A stretch of DNA of 64,000 nucleotides from Patescibacteria group bacterium (GTDB taxonomy: Bacteria; Patescibacteriota; Minisyncoccia; Moranbacterales; UBA2206). The notes under the pieces are model-generated. The model searched no databases. It saw nothing but the letters and a program-made list of their open reading frames with translations, and had not been told where the DNA came from. Positions 48,429 to 57,597 of this stretch are shown one piece after another. The stretch spans positions 5,884 to 69,883 of the forward strand of contig JAKLIG010000005.1 in assembly GCA_022709735.1 (NCBI GenBank). Direction: 5' to 3'. The position numbers and the translations under genes were made by a program. Position 1 is the first letter of the stretch; each line of letters begins with the position of its first letter.

Positions 48429-48624
48429 TTTTTAAATAAGCTTTTATTTCTTTTGCATTATCTTTATCCATTTTTTCAATTGCAAATCCGGCATGTACCA
48501 TTACATAGTCGCCAATTTTTGCCGAAATTAGACTAATATTTATTTCTTTTTTCATGCCTTGAAAATCAACTATTGCCAGTTGATTTTTGATTTTTATTAT
48601 TTTTCCAGGAATTGCCAAACACAT
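48418..48624 (-). CDS. hypC: Hydrogenase assembly chaperone HypC
   Basis: Starts MCLAIPGKII. The ORF-track N-terminal extension (MQGCSILFLL...) is encoded by repeat element D1. Confidence 0.8.
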   Translation of the reverse strand: MCLAIPGKIIKIKNQLAIVDFQGMKKEINISLISAKIGDYVMVHAGFAIEKMDKDNAKEIKAYLKNEV

Positions 48625-48660
48625 GCCAATTTTGTCTGCGAACATAGTGAGCAGGAACAA

Positions 48661-48788
48661 AATTGAGCATCCCTGCACTAATTCACAAATTAAACTTTTT
48701 ATTAAAATATAACTAAGCCGTAGGCGATTCCGTGGAATAATTTTTACATTAAATAAAATCTCTATTCGGAATTAGTGCGGGATCGCCA
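48661..48788. repeat. Intercistronic repeat family D, copy D1 (about 125 bp, terminal inverted repeats GCATCCCTGCACTAATTC ... GAATTAGTGCGGGAT)
   Basis: Aligns along its length with 62470-62598 (D2). Both have 15-17-bp terminal inverted repeats and an internal AGCCGYAGGCGAATTC core. Confidence 0.7.
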
Positions 48789-48794
48789 GTCAAC

Positions 48795-49832
48795 TCACAA
48801 ACGAATTTTTCCTGTCTTTATCTTCTCCTTATCCCTAACCAGTCTTGCCACTTCCCTTTCAGAAAGCACATAATCTAAAAACTCGTTTTTATTTTTCTTT
48901 TTGTATATTTTGGAAGAGATGAAAAATACTGCGATGTCAGCTGGATTTATTTTTTCTTGCTTCGCATAATCAGTTTTAATTTGCTTTATAATTTCATCTT
49001 CGTTATCTTTGTCCTTTTCTGATAAACTTATAATTTTCTCAAAACCTAAATTAATTAGCAATTTATTCAAATCTTTCTCCGGGCTTATGCCAATTTTAAT
49101 TTGCTCTAATATTTTTTCTTCTATCCCAAAATCCAAAACTGCTACAGAAAATTTCTTGAGATCATCTAGTGTTTCTACAATTTCCCCATAATTATTTTGA
49201 TCCATAAGCGAAGCAGTCGGGCAAACTCGAACGCACTCCCCACAAAAACTGCAATCCAAAACTTTTTCATAAGGCGTCCCGACCACAATGTCACTTCCTC
49301 TGTGATTAAACCCAAAAGCTTTTTCTGGACAAACATTTATGCACTTCCGGCATTCCACGCAAAATTCGCTGTTTCTGGAAATGCATGGGTTTTCATTTTC
49401 CACTACGACTCTTGTCCAGTTGTCGCGTATCAAATCTAGCTCTTCCTGGCCAGTTATCTCGCCCTTTCTCGGAATAAAATGAAAATTTTCAATTTTATAT
49501 TCCTCGGCCAAACTTTGCAATTTGCACATTCGGTTTTTCTTGCAAGTCGCGCATTTTCCGGCATGATCTGCCCAAAGCAGTTCCAAATTAATTCTCCTAG
49601 CCTTGTCTATATTCTCGCTTTCGGTAATAATTTCCATCCCTTCCGCCACTTTCGTGTTGCAGGATGTCATTAATTTTCCATTAATTTCCACCACGCAAAT
49701 TCGGCATAATCCTTCCTGAAATTCTTTGCTCGAACACAAAGTGGGAATTTTTATTCCATTATTTTTACAAACTTTAAATATCCCCTCTCCCTCTTTCGCT
49801 TCGTAAATTTTATTGTTGATTTTTATTTCCAT
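48795..49832 (-). CDS. Iron-sulfur subunit resembling NuoG N-terminus / HoxU (2Fe-2S + His-ligated 4Fe-4S + two 4Fe-4S ferredoxin motifs), no H-cluster domain
   Basis: Cys patterns C..C...C (2Fe-2S), HAGKCATCKKNRMC, CVECRKCINVCP, CSFCGECVRVCP. The C-terminal about 110 aa has no cysteines. Confidence 0.65.
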   Translation of the reverse strand: MEIKINNKIYEAKEGEGIFKVCKNNGIKIPTLCSSKEFQEGLCRICVVEINGKLMTSCNTKVAEGMEIITESENIDKARRINLELLWADHAGKCATCKKNRMCKLQSLAEEYKIENFHFIPRKGEITGQEELDLIRDNWTRVVVENENPCISRNSEFCVECRKCINVCPEKAFGFNHRGSDIVVGTPYEKVLDCSFCGECVRVCPTASLMDQNNYGEIVETLDDLKKFSVAVLDFGIEEKILEQIKIGISPEKDLNKLLINLGFEKIISLSEKDKDNEDEIIKQIKTDYAKQEKINPADIAVFFISSKIYKKKNKNEFLDYVLSEREVARLVRDKEKIKTGKIRL

Positions 49833-51061
49833 ATTTTTAATTTTTCCACTGCGTCTTGAAACGCAGTTGCCGAAAATTTTCCCAGCGGGCAAAATGTAGT
49901 ATTATTCAGCGTCCACAAAATATCTTTAACCGCTTCTTTGTCTCTATCAGAAATTTTATTGTCCCGAAATCTTTTAGCAATTTCCCAAAGCCTAAAAGTT
50001 CCTTCCCGGCACGGCACGCATTTCCCGCAGGATTCCCGCCGAAAAAAATCCGTCCAAGAAATCAGAAGGTCGTGAATATTCACACTTTTATCAACCACTA
50101 AAATTGAACCGGAACCCATTTGTACGGACAGGTCGCGACCTGTCCCTACGCTGAAATTTAATTTTGCATCCAATTCTTTTTCCAAAAACAATTTTCCGCA
50201 TGCTCCGCCAATTTGCGCAAACCAAAATTCTTTTCCCTTTTGAATTCCGCCAGCATATTCTTCAATTAATTCTTTGACTGTTATCCCGGTCGGTGCTTCA
50301 TAAACTCCCGGATTCTTGACTGCTCCGCTTAGAATAAATAATTTTGTCCCAGGCGAATTTTTCGCGCCAATCTTTGCATATTCTTTTCCGCCCTGCAAAA
50401 TTATCCAGGGAATATTAGAAATAGTTTCGGCATTATTCACTGCTGTCGGACAACCAAATAATCCAGCCTGGGTAGGATAAGGCGGACGGTATTTTGGTTC
50501 TCCACGATTGCCTTTGATGGAGTTTATAAGCGCCGTTTCCTCTCCGCAGATATAAGCCCCGGCGCCAGAAAAAATTTCAATTTCCAAATTATATTCTGAA
50601 CCTAAAATATTTTCTCCCCAATATTTTTTTTCTTTGGCCTGCTCTATCGCTCTTTCCAAAATTTCTTTTTGTTTTTCAAAATTTCCATTAATATAGATAT
50701 AAGCGCGTTTCGCACCAATAGAAAGCGCGGAAATTATTATTCCTTCCAAAAGCAAATGTGGATTATTATCTACGATTAATCTATCTTTGTATGTTCCCGG
50801 TTCTGATTCTTCCAAGTTGCAGATAAAATATTTTTCCGCTTTAGGATTATTTGCTACCGACTCTAATTTATTTCCAGTTGAAAAGCCCGCTCCTCCTCTT
50901 CCGCAAAGCCCGGATTTTTTAATTTCTTCCACCACTTCTTCCGGTTTCATTTTCGAAATAAATTTTCCAAGCGCTTCATATCCGCCAACTCCAAGATAGT
51001 CTTCTATTTTTAGAGGATCTATTTTTCCCCAGTGTTCAGTTATGATTTTTATATCTTTCAC
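49823..51061 (-). CDS. NuoF/HoxF-like flavoprotein subunit (NADH-binding, FMN, 4Fe-4S)
   Basis: GLCGRGGAGFSTGNK, FMN/NADH motifs, and a C-terminal CGKCVPCREG cluster motif. GTG start. Confidence 0.8.
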   Translation of the reverse strand: MKDIKIITEHWGKIDPLKIEDYLGVGGYEALGKFISKMKPEEVVEEIKKSGLCGRGGAGFSTGNKLESVANNPKAEKYFICNLEESEPGTYKDRLIVDNNPHLLLEGIIISALSIGAKRAYIYINGNFEKQKEILERAIEQAKEKKYWGENILGSEYNLEIEIFSGAGAYICGEETALINSIKGNRGEPKYRPPYPTQAGLFGCPTAVNNAETISNIPWIILQGGKEYAKIGAKNSPGTKLFILSGAVKNPGVYEAPTGITVKELIEEYAGGIQKGKEFWFAQIGGACGKLFLEKELDAKLNFSVGTGRDLSVQMGSGSILVVDKSVNIHDLLISWTDFFRRESCGKCVPCREGTFRLWEIAKRFRDNKISDRDKEAVKDILWTLNNTTFCPLGKFSATAFQDAVEKLKIWK

Positions 51062-51062
51062 A

Positions 51063-51170
51063 GAATTTTTAATTTTATAATTTTATAATTTTTAAATAAT
51101 TTCTAATGCTAAAATTTTTAAACATTAAAAATTAATATTTATTTATAAAATTAAAAATTCAAAAATTACA
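51063..51170. repeat. Intercistronic AT-rich repeat family A/B, copy A (about 105 bp) between the NuoE-like and NuoF-like genes
   Basis: About 92% identical over about 100 bp to 58258-58372. It begins 2 nt from the NuoF-like start codon. Confidence 0.7.
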
Positions 51171-51175
51171 AAATT

Positions 51176-51589
51176 TTACAAATATTCTTCCAAAATATCC
51201 CGTAGCTTGCTCAAATTAACTTTTTCATAAATTTTTCCATTCACAATCATAATTGGCCCCTCGCCACATTTCCCCAAACAACTTATTTCTTCTGCTTTTA
51301 TTTTGAATGAATTTTCAATTTCTCTGATTATTTCAAAAGAATTGTTGACCGCGCAATTGGCCGAAGAACACACTTGAATCAAAATTTGCGGTTGTTTTTT
51401 TGTTTTTACTAAATCATAAAAACTGGCCGTTTCAAAAACTTTACTTTGGGGGATAGAAAAATAACCAGCGATTTTCTGCGCATCTTCTTCGCTCACATAA
51501 CCAAAAGTGGCGCTAGTTTTTTTTAGCGCCGGAAGTAAATTTTCTACTTTAGGTTCAAATTCCAGAAGTATTTTTTGTATTGTTTGCAT
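51176..51589 (-). CDS. NuoE/HoxE-like thioredoxin-fold 2Fe-2S subunit
   Basis: CSSANCAVNNS ... CLGKCGEGP four-Cys pattern. The likely start is MQTIQKI (51589). Confidence 0.7.
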   Translation of the reverse strand: MQTIQKILLEFEPKVENLLPALKKTSATFGYVSEEDAQKIAGYFSIPQSKVFETASFYDLVKTKKQPQILIQVCSSANCAVNNSFEIIREIENSFKIKAEEISCLGKCGEGPIMIVNGKIYEKVNLSKLRDILEEYL

Positions 51590-51603
51590 AATTTCATACG
51601 GCG

Positions 51604-51686
51604 ACCCGAATTTACAAATGAACACTCGAATGATTCGAATGAATTCGGGACATTCGGATGAAGATTCGAGTTATTCGAGTCGCTTA
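51604..51686. repeat. Intercistronic repeat family C, copy C1 (about 80 bp) between fba stop and NuoE-like start
   Basis: About 90% identical to 60772-60852 and 61214-61293. Its end overlaps the fba stop codon. It lies 15 nt upstream of the downstream ATG, as the other two copies do. Confidence 0.75.
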
Positions 51687-52547
51687 AGCTTTGTCTTCGC
51701 TTCCAAAATATTTTATTTTCTGCTTAACCACTTCCTCGACTGCTTCTCTCGCTTCTTCCAAAAGCTTTCGAATATCAAAAGAAACTTCTTCTTTTTTTGC
51801 AGAGTTTATTATTCGATCGACAAAGGCCATTCTAATTGCCGTATCAACATTAAGACAACTTATTCCTCTTTTTATCACTTCCGCCACTTTTCCATTTTCC
51901 CAATCTGATGCGCCATGAAGAATGAGAGGAATACCTCCGCAAAGTTCATTTATCTTGCTCAGTCTTTCAAAATCCGGCTCTGATCTCTCTCTCACAAATC
52001 CATGCGCATTTCCAATCGCCACTGCCAGCGCGTCTATTCCGGTTTCTTTCACAAATCTTTCCGCTTCGTTTGGATCAGTCATATATTTTTCCCAATTTAT
52101 CTCCCGACTTCCTGCTTCTCCAAGATACGGAACGCTACCCAATTCTCCCTGAACATCGATTCCTTTTTCATGACAGAAATCAACAACTTTTTTTGTTGCT
52201 TCAACATTATCTTCATATTTTTTTCGCGAACCGTCATACATAACTGAAGTTAGACCAATTTCAGCGCAATGCTGGATAATTTCAAAACTTTTTCCGTGAT
52301 CAAGATGAATGCCGACTGGAATTTCTGGCGCATAAAATTCAACATCATTTTTTACTAAATGATAAATTAATCTGCCACCAGCATATTCCATGGTTTTTTC
52401 AGTAATCTGGATAATCACCGGCGAATGCATTTTTTTAGCCGCATCCACAATTGCTCTGGTCGTTTCTAAATTAACTGTGTTAAACGCTCCGACAGCGTAT
52501 CCTCCTTCTTTAGCTTTGGTTAGAATTTCTTTGACTGAAGTAATCAT
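51684..52547 (-). CDS. fba: Class II fructose-bisphosphate aldolase
   Basis: YAVGAFN, HLDHG, Zn ligands and the class II FBA/TBA fold. The likely start is MITSVKEIL. Confidence 0.8.
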   Translation of the reverse strand: MITSVKEILTKAKEGGYAVGAFNTVNLETTRAIVDAAKKMHSPVIIQITEKTMEYAGGRLIYHLVKNDVEFYAPEIPVGIHLDHGKSFEIIQHCAEIGLTSVMYDGSRKKYEDNVEATKKVVDFCHEKGIDVQGELGSVPYLGEAGSREINWEKYMTDPNEAERFVKETGIDALAVAIGNAHGFVRERSEPDFERLSKINELCGGIPLILHGASDWENGKVAEVIKRGISCLNVDTAIRMAFVDRIINSAKKEEVSFDIRKLLEEAREAVEEVVKQKIKYFGSEDKA

Positions 52548-52555
52548 ATTTTTTA

Positions 52556-53320
52556 TTAATTTATTATCTCTGCTATTTTTATAAACTCGTGCGGGGTCAA
52601 ACTTTCTCTTCCTACAAGAACTCCATCCAGCCCTGGTTTCAAACAAACTTGATCAACATTCAAAGAAGAAACGGAACCGCCATAAATAATTTTCACTTTT
52701 TCTGCATATTTTACTCCGAAAAGACCGGAGAGAATTTTTCGAATCAAAACTTTTGCTTCCATAATTTCATTTTCCGTAGGAATGACATCAGTTCCAACCG
52801 ACCAAATTGGTTCATAGGCAATGATAATATTTTCCGCTTTTGTCCGACTGATTTTTTCCAAAGCATTCTTGACTTGCTGACTGATAATTTTTAGCGTCTG
52901 TCCGCTATCTTTTTCTACCTTGGATTCTCCGACACAAATAATTGGCATGAGTCTATTCTTGAGCGCGGAAATAATTTTAAAATTTATTTCTTCATCCCGT
53001 TCACAAAAATATCTCCTTCTTTCGCTGTGCCCGACTATCACATATTCGCAACCAAAATTCTTAAGCATCAATGGAGAAATTTCTCCAGTATATGATCCTT
53101 TTTCTTCCCAAAACATATTTTGAGCACCAATTTTTGTTTTTTTTATTTTAGCTTTTTCAAATCCTTCCAGATGGATAGCCGGCGGGCAAAGAACAATTTC
53201 ACAATTTTTTATTTTTTTTCCGGCCAATTCTTTTTGAAAAAGTTCCAAATATTGGTCTCGCTCTGTCTTGGACAGTATATTCATTTTTAAGTTAGCTACG
53301 ATTATTTTATTCATTTTCAT
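52556..53320 (-). CDS. tpiA: Triosephosphate isomerase
   Basis: ANLKMN, VGHSERR, AYEPIWSVGTD. Confidence 0.85.
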   Translation of the reverse strand: MKMNKIIVANLKMNILSKTERDQYLELFQKELAGKKIKNCEIVLCPPAIHLEGFEKAKIKKTKIGAQNMFWEEKGSYTGEISPLMLKNFGCEYVIVGHSERRRYFCERDEEINFKIISALKNRLMPIICVGESKVEKDSGQTLKIISQQVKNALEKISRTKAENIIIAYEPIWSVGTDVIPTENEIMEAKVLIRKILSGLFGVKYAEKVKIIYGGSVSSLNVDQVCLKPGLDGVLVGRESLTPHEFIKIAEIIN

Positions 53321-53933
53321 TTTTTCTTATATTAATATGTCTTTTTATAAACCAAATAACTCCGACTAAAATTATTATCCCAATAATCAAATCGAATTTA
53401 TGAAAATATACGCCTAAAGTATTCCAGTTCTCTCCTAATTTTTCCCCGATATAGGCCAAAAGAAAACAAAAAGGAAATGAACCTAAGAATGTATAGGTGA
53501 TAAACTGCCAGAAATTCATTCGAGCAATTCCGGCTGGAAGTGAAATAAAAGTTCGAACAACCGGAAGAAGGCGAGAAATAAAAACTGCCGTGTTCCCATA
53601 TTTTTTGAAAAAATTATCCGCGATATCTAAATCATGCTTTGTTACCAGGACATATCGCCCGTATTTTTCAGCCAGTGGCCGTCCGCCGATATAGCCAATC
53701 CAATAAGCTAAAATTGAACCAATCACGCAACCGATTGCTCCGGCCAGAGATACTCCTAAAAGCGAAAATTGCCCTTTGAAAACTAGGTATCCAGAAAAAG
53801 GCATAATTATTTCAGAAGGTAGCGGAATGCAAGCTGATTCAATCGCCATCATCAAAGCCACGCCGGAATATCCCAAGAGAGAAATTCCCCAAATTATAAA
53901 ACTAGCTAAAATTTCAATTATTTTTGCAACCAT
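53307..53933 (-). CDS. DedA-family (VTT/SNARE-associated domain) membrane protein
   Basis: ESACIPLPSEIIMPFSGYLV motif with about 5 TM segments. Length 208 aa. Confidence 0.7.
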   Translation of the reverse strand: MVAKIIEILASFIIWGISLLGYSGVALMMAIESACIPLPSEIIMPFSGYLVFKGQFSLLGVSLAGAIGCVIGSILAYWIGYIGGRPLAEKYGRYVLVTKHDLDIADNFFKKYGNTAVFISRLLPVVRTFISLPAGIARMNFWQFITYTFLGSFPFCFLLAYIGEKLGENWNTLGVYFHKFDLIIGIIILVGVIWFIKRHINIRKNENE

Positions 53934-54943
53934 TAATTTTCTCTTAAAAATTCTGACGCTTCTTCCGGATTCATTGTGATAATTTCAATGCCGGTTGAAA
54001 TTTCAAATCCCGCCCAAATATTCAATTTTGGCAGAATTTCTATATGCCAGTGGAAATGCGGATAATCTTTGCCGTCGCAAGGAGAAGTATGGATATAGAA
54101 ATTAAAATCCGGATTATTAAGTTTCTCACTCAATCTTTTTATCGCTTCGTGAAGCGCTTCGCCTCCTGAAATTTTTTCTTTTTCGCTTATTCTTTCAAAA
54201 TACGGCTTGTGTTTTTTCGGGATAACCCACATTTCAAAATTTGATCTCGATGCAAACGGACAGAAAAGCAAGAAGTCATCGTTTTCAAAAACTATTCTTT
54301 TTTTATGTTCCATTTCCCATTCAATCATCGCACAATAAGCGCAATGTTTGTTTTGCCGGTGATATTTTTCTGCGCCGTCCAATTCGCTTTCAACATAAGG
54401 CGAGATTACCGGAATAGCAATCAGCTGGGAATGCGGATGAGTAATGGATGCTCCGGCCGACGCTCCGTGATTGTGGAAAATATCAATGTAATTTACCGAC
54501 TTTTTATTCATGAGATCAATATATCTCGACTGATAGGCATCCAAAATTTCAGCCACCCCCAGCGGTTCCATTTTCCCAATATGATCATAGTGATCTTTTG
54601 TCACAATTACTTCATGATAACCGATTGAGTCCATCCAAAAATATGGCCCCTCTTCTTTATGTTTGATTTGTCCGCCGGAAGGCCTTGAGAAAGCCGGGAA
54701 CTTATTGGGAAAAACTCGAAGGCTCCAATCATTATCCGTTGTATTATAAATCAAAACATCCTTTTCTTGGCCACTCGCTTCGGGATTGCAAAACAAACAA
54801 TCATTCGGATTTTCTTCGATTAATTCTTTTTCTTTTTTAATGAATTCGTCCGGACGGCGCGAGCGGATTTTGGAAACGACTACCCAATCCCCCGTTACCA
54901 AATCTTGCCGAAGTTCTGAAATTTTATTTTTTTCCTCCTTCAC
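53933..54943 (-). CDS. Galactose-1-phosphate uridylyltransferase (GalT)-family HIT-like nucleotidyltransferase
   Basis: N-terminal CLFCNPE zinc-site cysteines, and HxHxQ in ITHPHSQLIAIP. Confidence 0.6.
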   Translation of the reverse strand: MKEEKNKISELRQDLVTGDWVVVSKIRSRRPDEFIKKEKELIEENPNDCLFCNPEASGQEKDVLIYNTTDNDWSLRVFPNKFPAFSRPSGGQIKHKEEGPYFWMDSIGYHEVIVTKDHYDHIGKMEPLGVAEILDAYQSRYIDLMNKKSVNYIDIFHNHGASAGASITHPHSQLIAIPVISPYVESELDGAEKYHRQNKHCAYCAMIEWEMEHKKRIVFENDDFLLFCPFASRSNFEMWVIPKKHKPYFERISEKEKISGGEALHEAIKRLSEKLNNPDFNFYIHTSPCDGKDYPHFHWHIEILPKLNIWAGFEISTGIEIITMNPEEASEFLREN

Positions 54944-54967
54944 TTTTATTTTATTTTAAAATTATTT

Positions 54968-55735
54968 TTATTTTTCAAATTCGCTCATTTTTTTATTGAG
55001 CTGATAAACTCCTCGCACCTTATTCCACCAAACCTTGAATAATTCTCGAAATGTAATAAGATAACCCTTGATTCCAACCAAACTATTTCCCATATCCAGC
55101 CATTCGACCGGCACTTCTTCTATTTTGTAGCCTAATTTTTTCGCGATCATCAAAATTTCAAAATCAATTCCCCAGCGATCAACTTTTGTCCGCGGAAAAA
55201 CTTCTTTCACCACTTCTTCTTTGAAAGCTTTGAAACCGCATTGCGTATCATAAATTCCATACAGTCCCATCATAATTTGAATCAAAATATTTCCAGCATT
55301 CCCCATCCATTCTTTCCATTTTGGCTGGTGTTTTTTTATGCTCGAAGCCTTAAGATCTCTTGAACCAATTACTATGTCGGTCTCTTTGAATTTTGGAATA
55401 AAATTATCCAAATTATCAATTGGCGTTGCGCCGTCCATATCAGTCCAGATCACCCATTCTCCTTTAGCCATTGCAAATCCTTCTCGAATACTATAGCCCT
55501 TGCCCTTATTTTCTTTTCTGTCGATTATTCTAAAGTTAGGTTTATTCTTAATTTTATCTCTGACTATTTCCGCTGTTTTGTCAGTTGGCCCGTCCAGCGC
55601 AATTATGACCTCATAACTCTTCCCTATTTTTTCAAAATAACTTTTAATAGAGTTGAGATGATCCTCCATTTCTTTTTCTTTTGGCGCTTCGTTGTAGGTT
55701 GGAATAACTACAGATATAAATGGTTTCTGTTCCAT
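54968..55735 (-). CDS. Family 2 glycosyltransferase (dolichyl/polyprenyl-phosphate glycosyltransferase-like)
   Basis: ISVVIPTYNE ... ALDGPTDKT ... DMDG motifs. Length 255 aa. Confidence 0.7.
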   Translation of the reverse strand: MEQKPFISVVIPTYNEAPKEKEMEDHLNSIKSYFEKIGKSYEVIIALDGPTDKTAEIVRDKIKNKPNFRIIDRKENKGKGYSIREGFAMAKGEWVIWTDMDGATPIDNLDNFIPKFKETDIVIGSRDLKASSIKKHQPKWKEWMGNAGNILIQIMMGLYGIYDTQCGFKAFKEEVVKEVFPRTKVDRWGIDFEILMIAKKLGYKIEEVPVEWLDMGNSLVGIKGYLITFRELFKVWWNKVRGVYQLNKKMSEFEK

Positions 55736-55861
55736 TTTTCTTGTGGGTTAATGGTTATTTATTGACTATATTGTAGCATAGAATTGATGAATTATGAAGT
55801 ATGAATCAAGAATTAGGAATTTTAAAATTTTATTCATAATTCATGCTTCTTAATTCCTAAT

Positions 55862-56287
55862 TCATTTCTTGTCCAGCCAGCTTTGAAGAATAATCCTCGC
55901 CGCTTCCTGATCATCAAATCTTTTGACGCCTTTGACTTTTTTGGCAATTAAATTCGCCTGCGCCATTTTGGTCGTGAACATTTCATTTTGATATTCAATT
56001 TCCATCTTAGGCAAAGATTTTTTTATCATTTCTCCTAGCTTTTCGCCTTCGTAAACGACCTCTTTTTTATTTATATAGCTCGGCACACCGATAATAATCT
56101 TGGAAATATTTTCTTTTTGGATAATTTTCAGCAAATTTTCCAGAAAATTTTTGTCATTTTCCAGTGTATTATAGGCAAAAGCAATTTTAGTCTCAAAATC
56201 TGCCAAAGCCAAACCAACTTTGGCTTCTCCAAAATCTATACCGAGAATGTGGCTTATTTGAGGGTCATTTTGCTGGTCTATTGACAT
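55862..56287 (-). CDS. ruvX: RuvX/YqgF Holliday-junction-resolvase-like nuclease
   Basis: ILGIDFGEAKVGLALAD RNase-H-like motif. The likely start is MSIDQQ. Confidence 0.75.
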   Translation of the reverse strand: MSIDQQNDPQISHILGIDFGEAKVGLALADFETKIAFAYNTLENDKNFLENLLKIIQKENISKIIIGVPSYINKKEVVYEGEKLGEMIKKSLPKMEIEYQNEMFTTKMAQANLIAKKVKGVKRFDDQEAARIILQSWLDKK

Positions 56288-56377
56288 ATTAGTAAAATTA
56301 GCGTATAATTTAGAGTTAGTATTAAAGTAAAGAATGTTCCCTAACAACAATAATATAAATTAAAAAAGGGGTGGCTT

Positions 56378-56746
56378 ATGAAATTAACAGGATGGGTCTA
56401 TTTTCTGGTTTTGGGAGGATTATTTCTGCTCGCAGGGAATGCTGGCTTTTCTGAAGGTCATTCAGTATTCGGATGGTGCTATATAACACTCGGGGTAGTT
56501 GTATTATTTTTTCCTTTTATCCTGAGATTCATTCAATCGAAGGGGAAGAAAAAGTTTTTCTGGAAATCGCTCCGAGTAGTTGGCAGCGGGATTGTTATTT
56601 TTACTATTGGCATCGTGTCTTGTGTATATGATGTCAATAATATTTTTAACAATCTTTATATTCTTATGCTTATTGGAGTAGCTTGCATGCTTGGCATAGG
56701 AATATCGCTAATTGTAGTATCCTCCTGGAAGTTACAGGAGAGATAG
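56378..56746 (+). CDS. Hypothetical polytopic membrane protein (122 aa)
   Basis: RBS AAAAGGGGTGG and four hydrophobic segments. Confidence 0.5.
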   Translation: MKLTGWVYFLVLGGLFLLAGNAGFSEGHSVFGWCYITLGVVVLFFPFILRFIQSKGKKKFFWKSLRVVGSGIVIFTIGIVSCVYDVNNIFNNLYILMLIGVACMLGIGISLIVVSSWKLQER

Positions 56747-56799
56747 GATAAGTTCGCTTTGTGATCATTCAACAATGATTGTCACTGAGCTTATCCGAA

Positions 56800-56838
56800 A
56801 ACCGGGACATGTCTAGCAGTAGACCCCCGGTTTTTTTA
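56800..56838. terminator. Terminator hairpin (AACCGGG...CCCGGTT + T7) between convergent genes
   Basis: Read directly from the sequence. Confidence 0.65.
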
Positions 56839-57597
56839 TTTTCTTGTCAAAATCTCGCACCCTCCTTTTTTGACTAGCACTGTATCTTCAAAATGCGCGC
56901 TAAGTTTTCCGTCGTCCGTAATATATGTCCAACCATCCGCGCCTAATTTAATCCTAAACTTTCCTTCATTTATCATCGGCTCAAGCGCGAGCGTCATTCC
57001 TTCTTTGAGAATTATGTCTTTGACATTCCAGCGATAATTTGGAATCTGCGGATCTTCATGAAGAATTTTTCCAACGCCGTGTCCGACTAAATCGCGAATA
57101 ACAGAAAATCCAAAAGTGCGAACATAACTTTCAACTGCCTCGGAATATTCGCTAAGCTTTGCTCCGGCTCTAATTTTTGCAATTCCTTGATTCAACGCTT
57201 CCTGCGTCGCTTTCACTAACTTATGCGCTTCAAGACTCACTGTTCCAACAGGAAATGTGCGAGCCATATCAGTTATCATTCCCTTATATTCCATGCCAAT
57301 GTCAATTTTCACCAAATCGCCTTCTCGAATTATAATTTTTTCGCTCGGAATTCCATGCACCACTTCATTATTTATCGAAGCGCAAATTGTCGCAGGATAT
57401 GGATTATTTTTTTCTCCATAACCTTTGAAGGCAGGTTTGCCCCCATTATCAAAAACAAGTCTCTCCGCGAGCTTGTCTAGTTCCAATGTATTTATGCCCG
57501 GAGCAATTTTCTCTCCTATTTCTTCCATAATACCCGCCAAAATTTTCCCTCCCCGGCGCATTGATTCTATTTCATTTTGAGTTTTAATTACTACCAT
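56836..57597 (-). CDS. map: Methionine aminopeptidase type I
   Basis: Pita-bread fold motifs (VVHGIP..., DLVKIDIG, metal ligands D/D/H/E/E). Confidence 0.88.
   Translation of the reverse strand: MVVIKTQNEIESMRRGGKILAGIMEEIGEKIAPGINTLELDKLAERLVFDNGGKPAFKGYGEKNNPYPATICASINNEVVHGIPSEKIIIREGDLVKIDIGMEYKGMITDMARTFPVGTVSLEAHKLVKATQEALNQGIAKIRAGAKLSEYSEAVESYVRTFGFSVIRDLVGHGVGKILHEDPQIPNYRWNVKDIILKEGMTLALEPMINEGKFRIKLGADGWTYITDDGKLSAHFEDTVLVKKGGCEILTRK

Noticed and set aside
48418-48678. Longer HypC with N-terminal MQGCSILFLLTMFADKIG extension, and likewise S14 starting at 62491 ([11 protein letters not shown])
   Set aside because: These extensions are encoded by the terminal inverted repeats of repeat element D. 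The conserved protein starts (MCLAIP, MAKKST) lie downstream.
48795-49832. [FeFe]-hydrogenase catalytic subunit
   Set aside because: Only the N-terminal ferredoxin-like cluster-binding region is present. The C-terminal about 110 aa has no cysteines, so there is no H-cluster domain.
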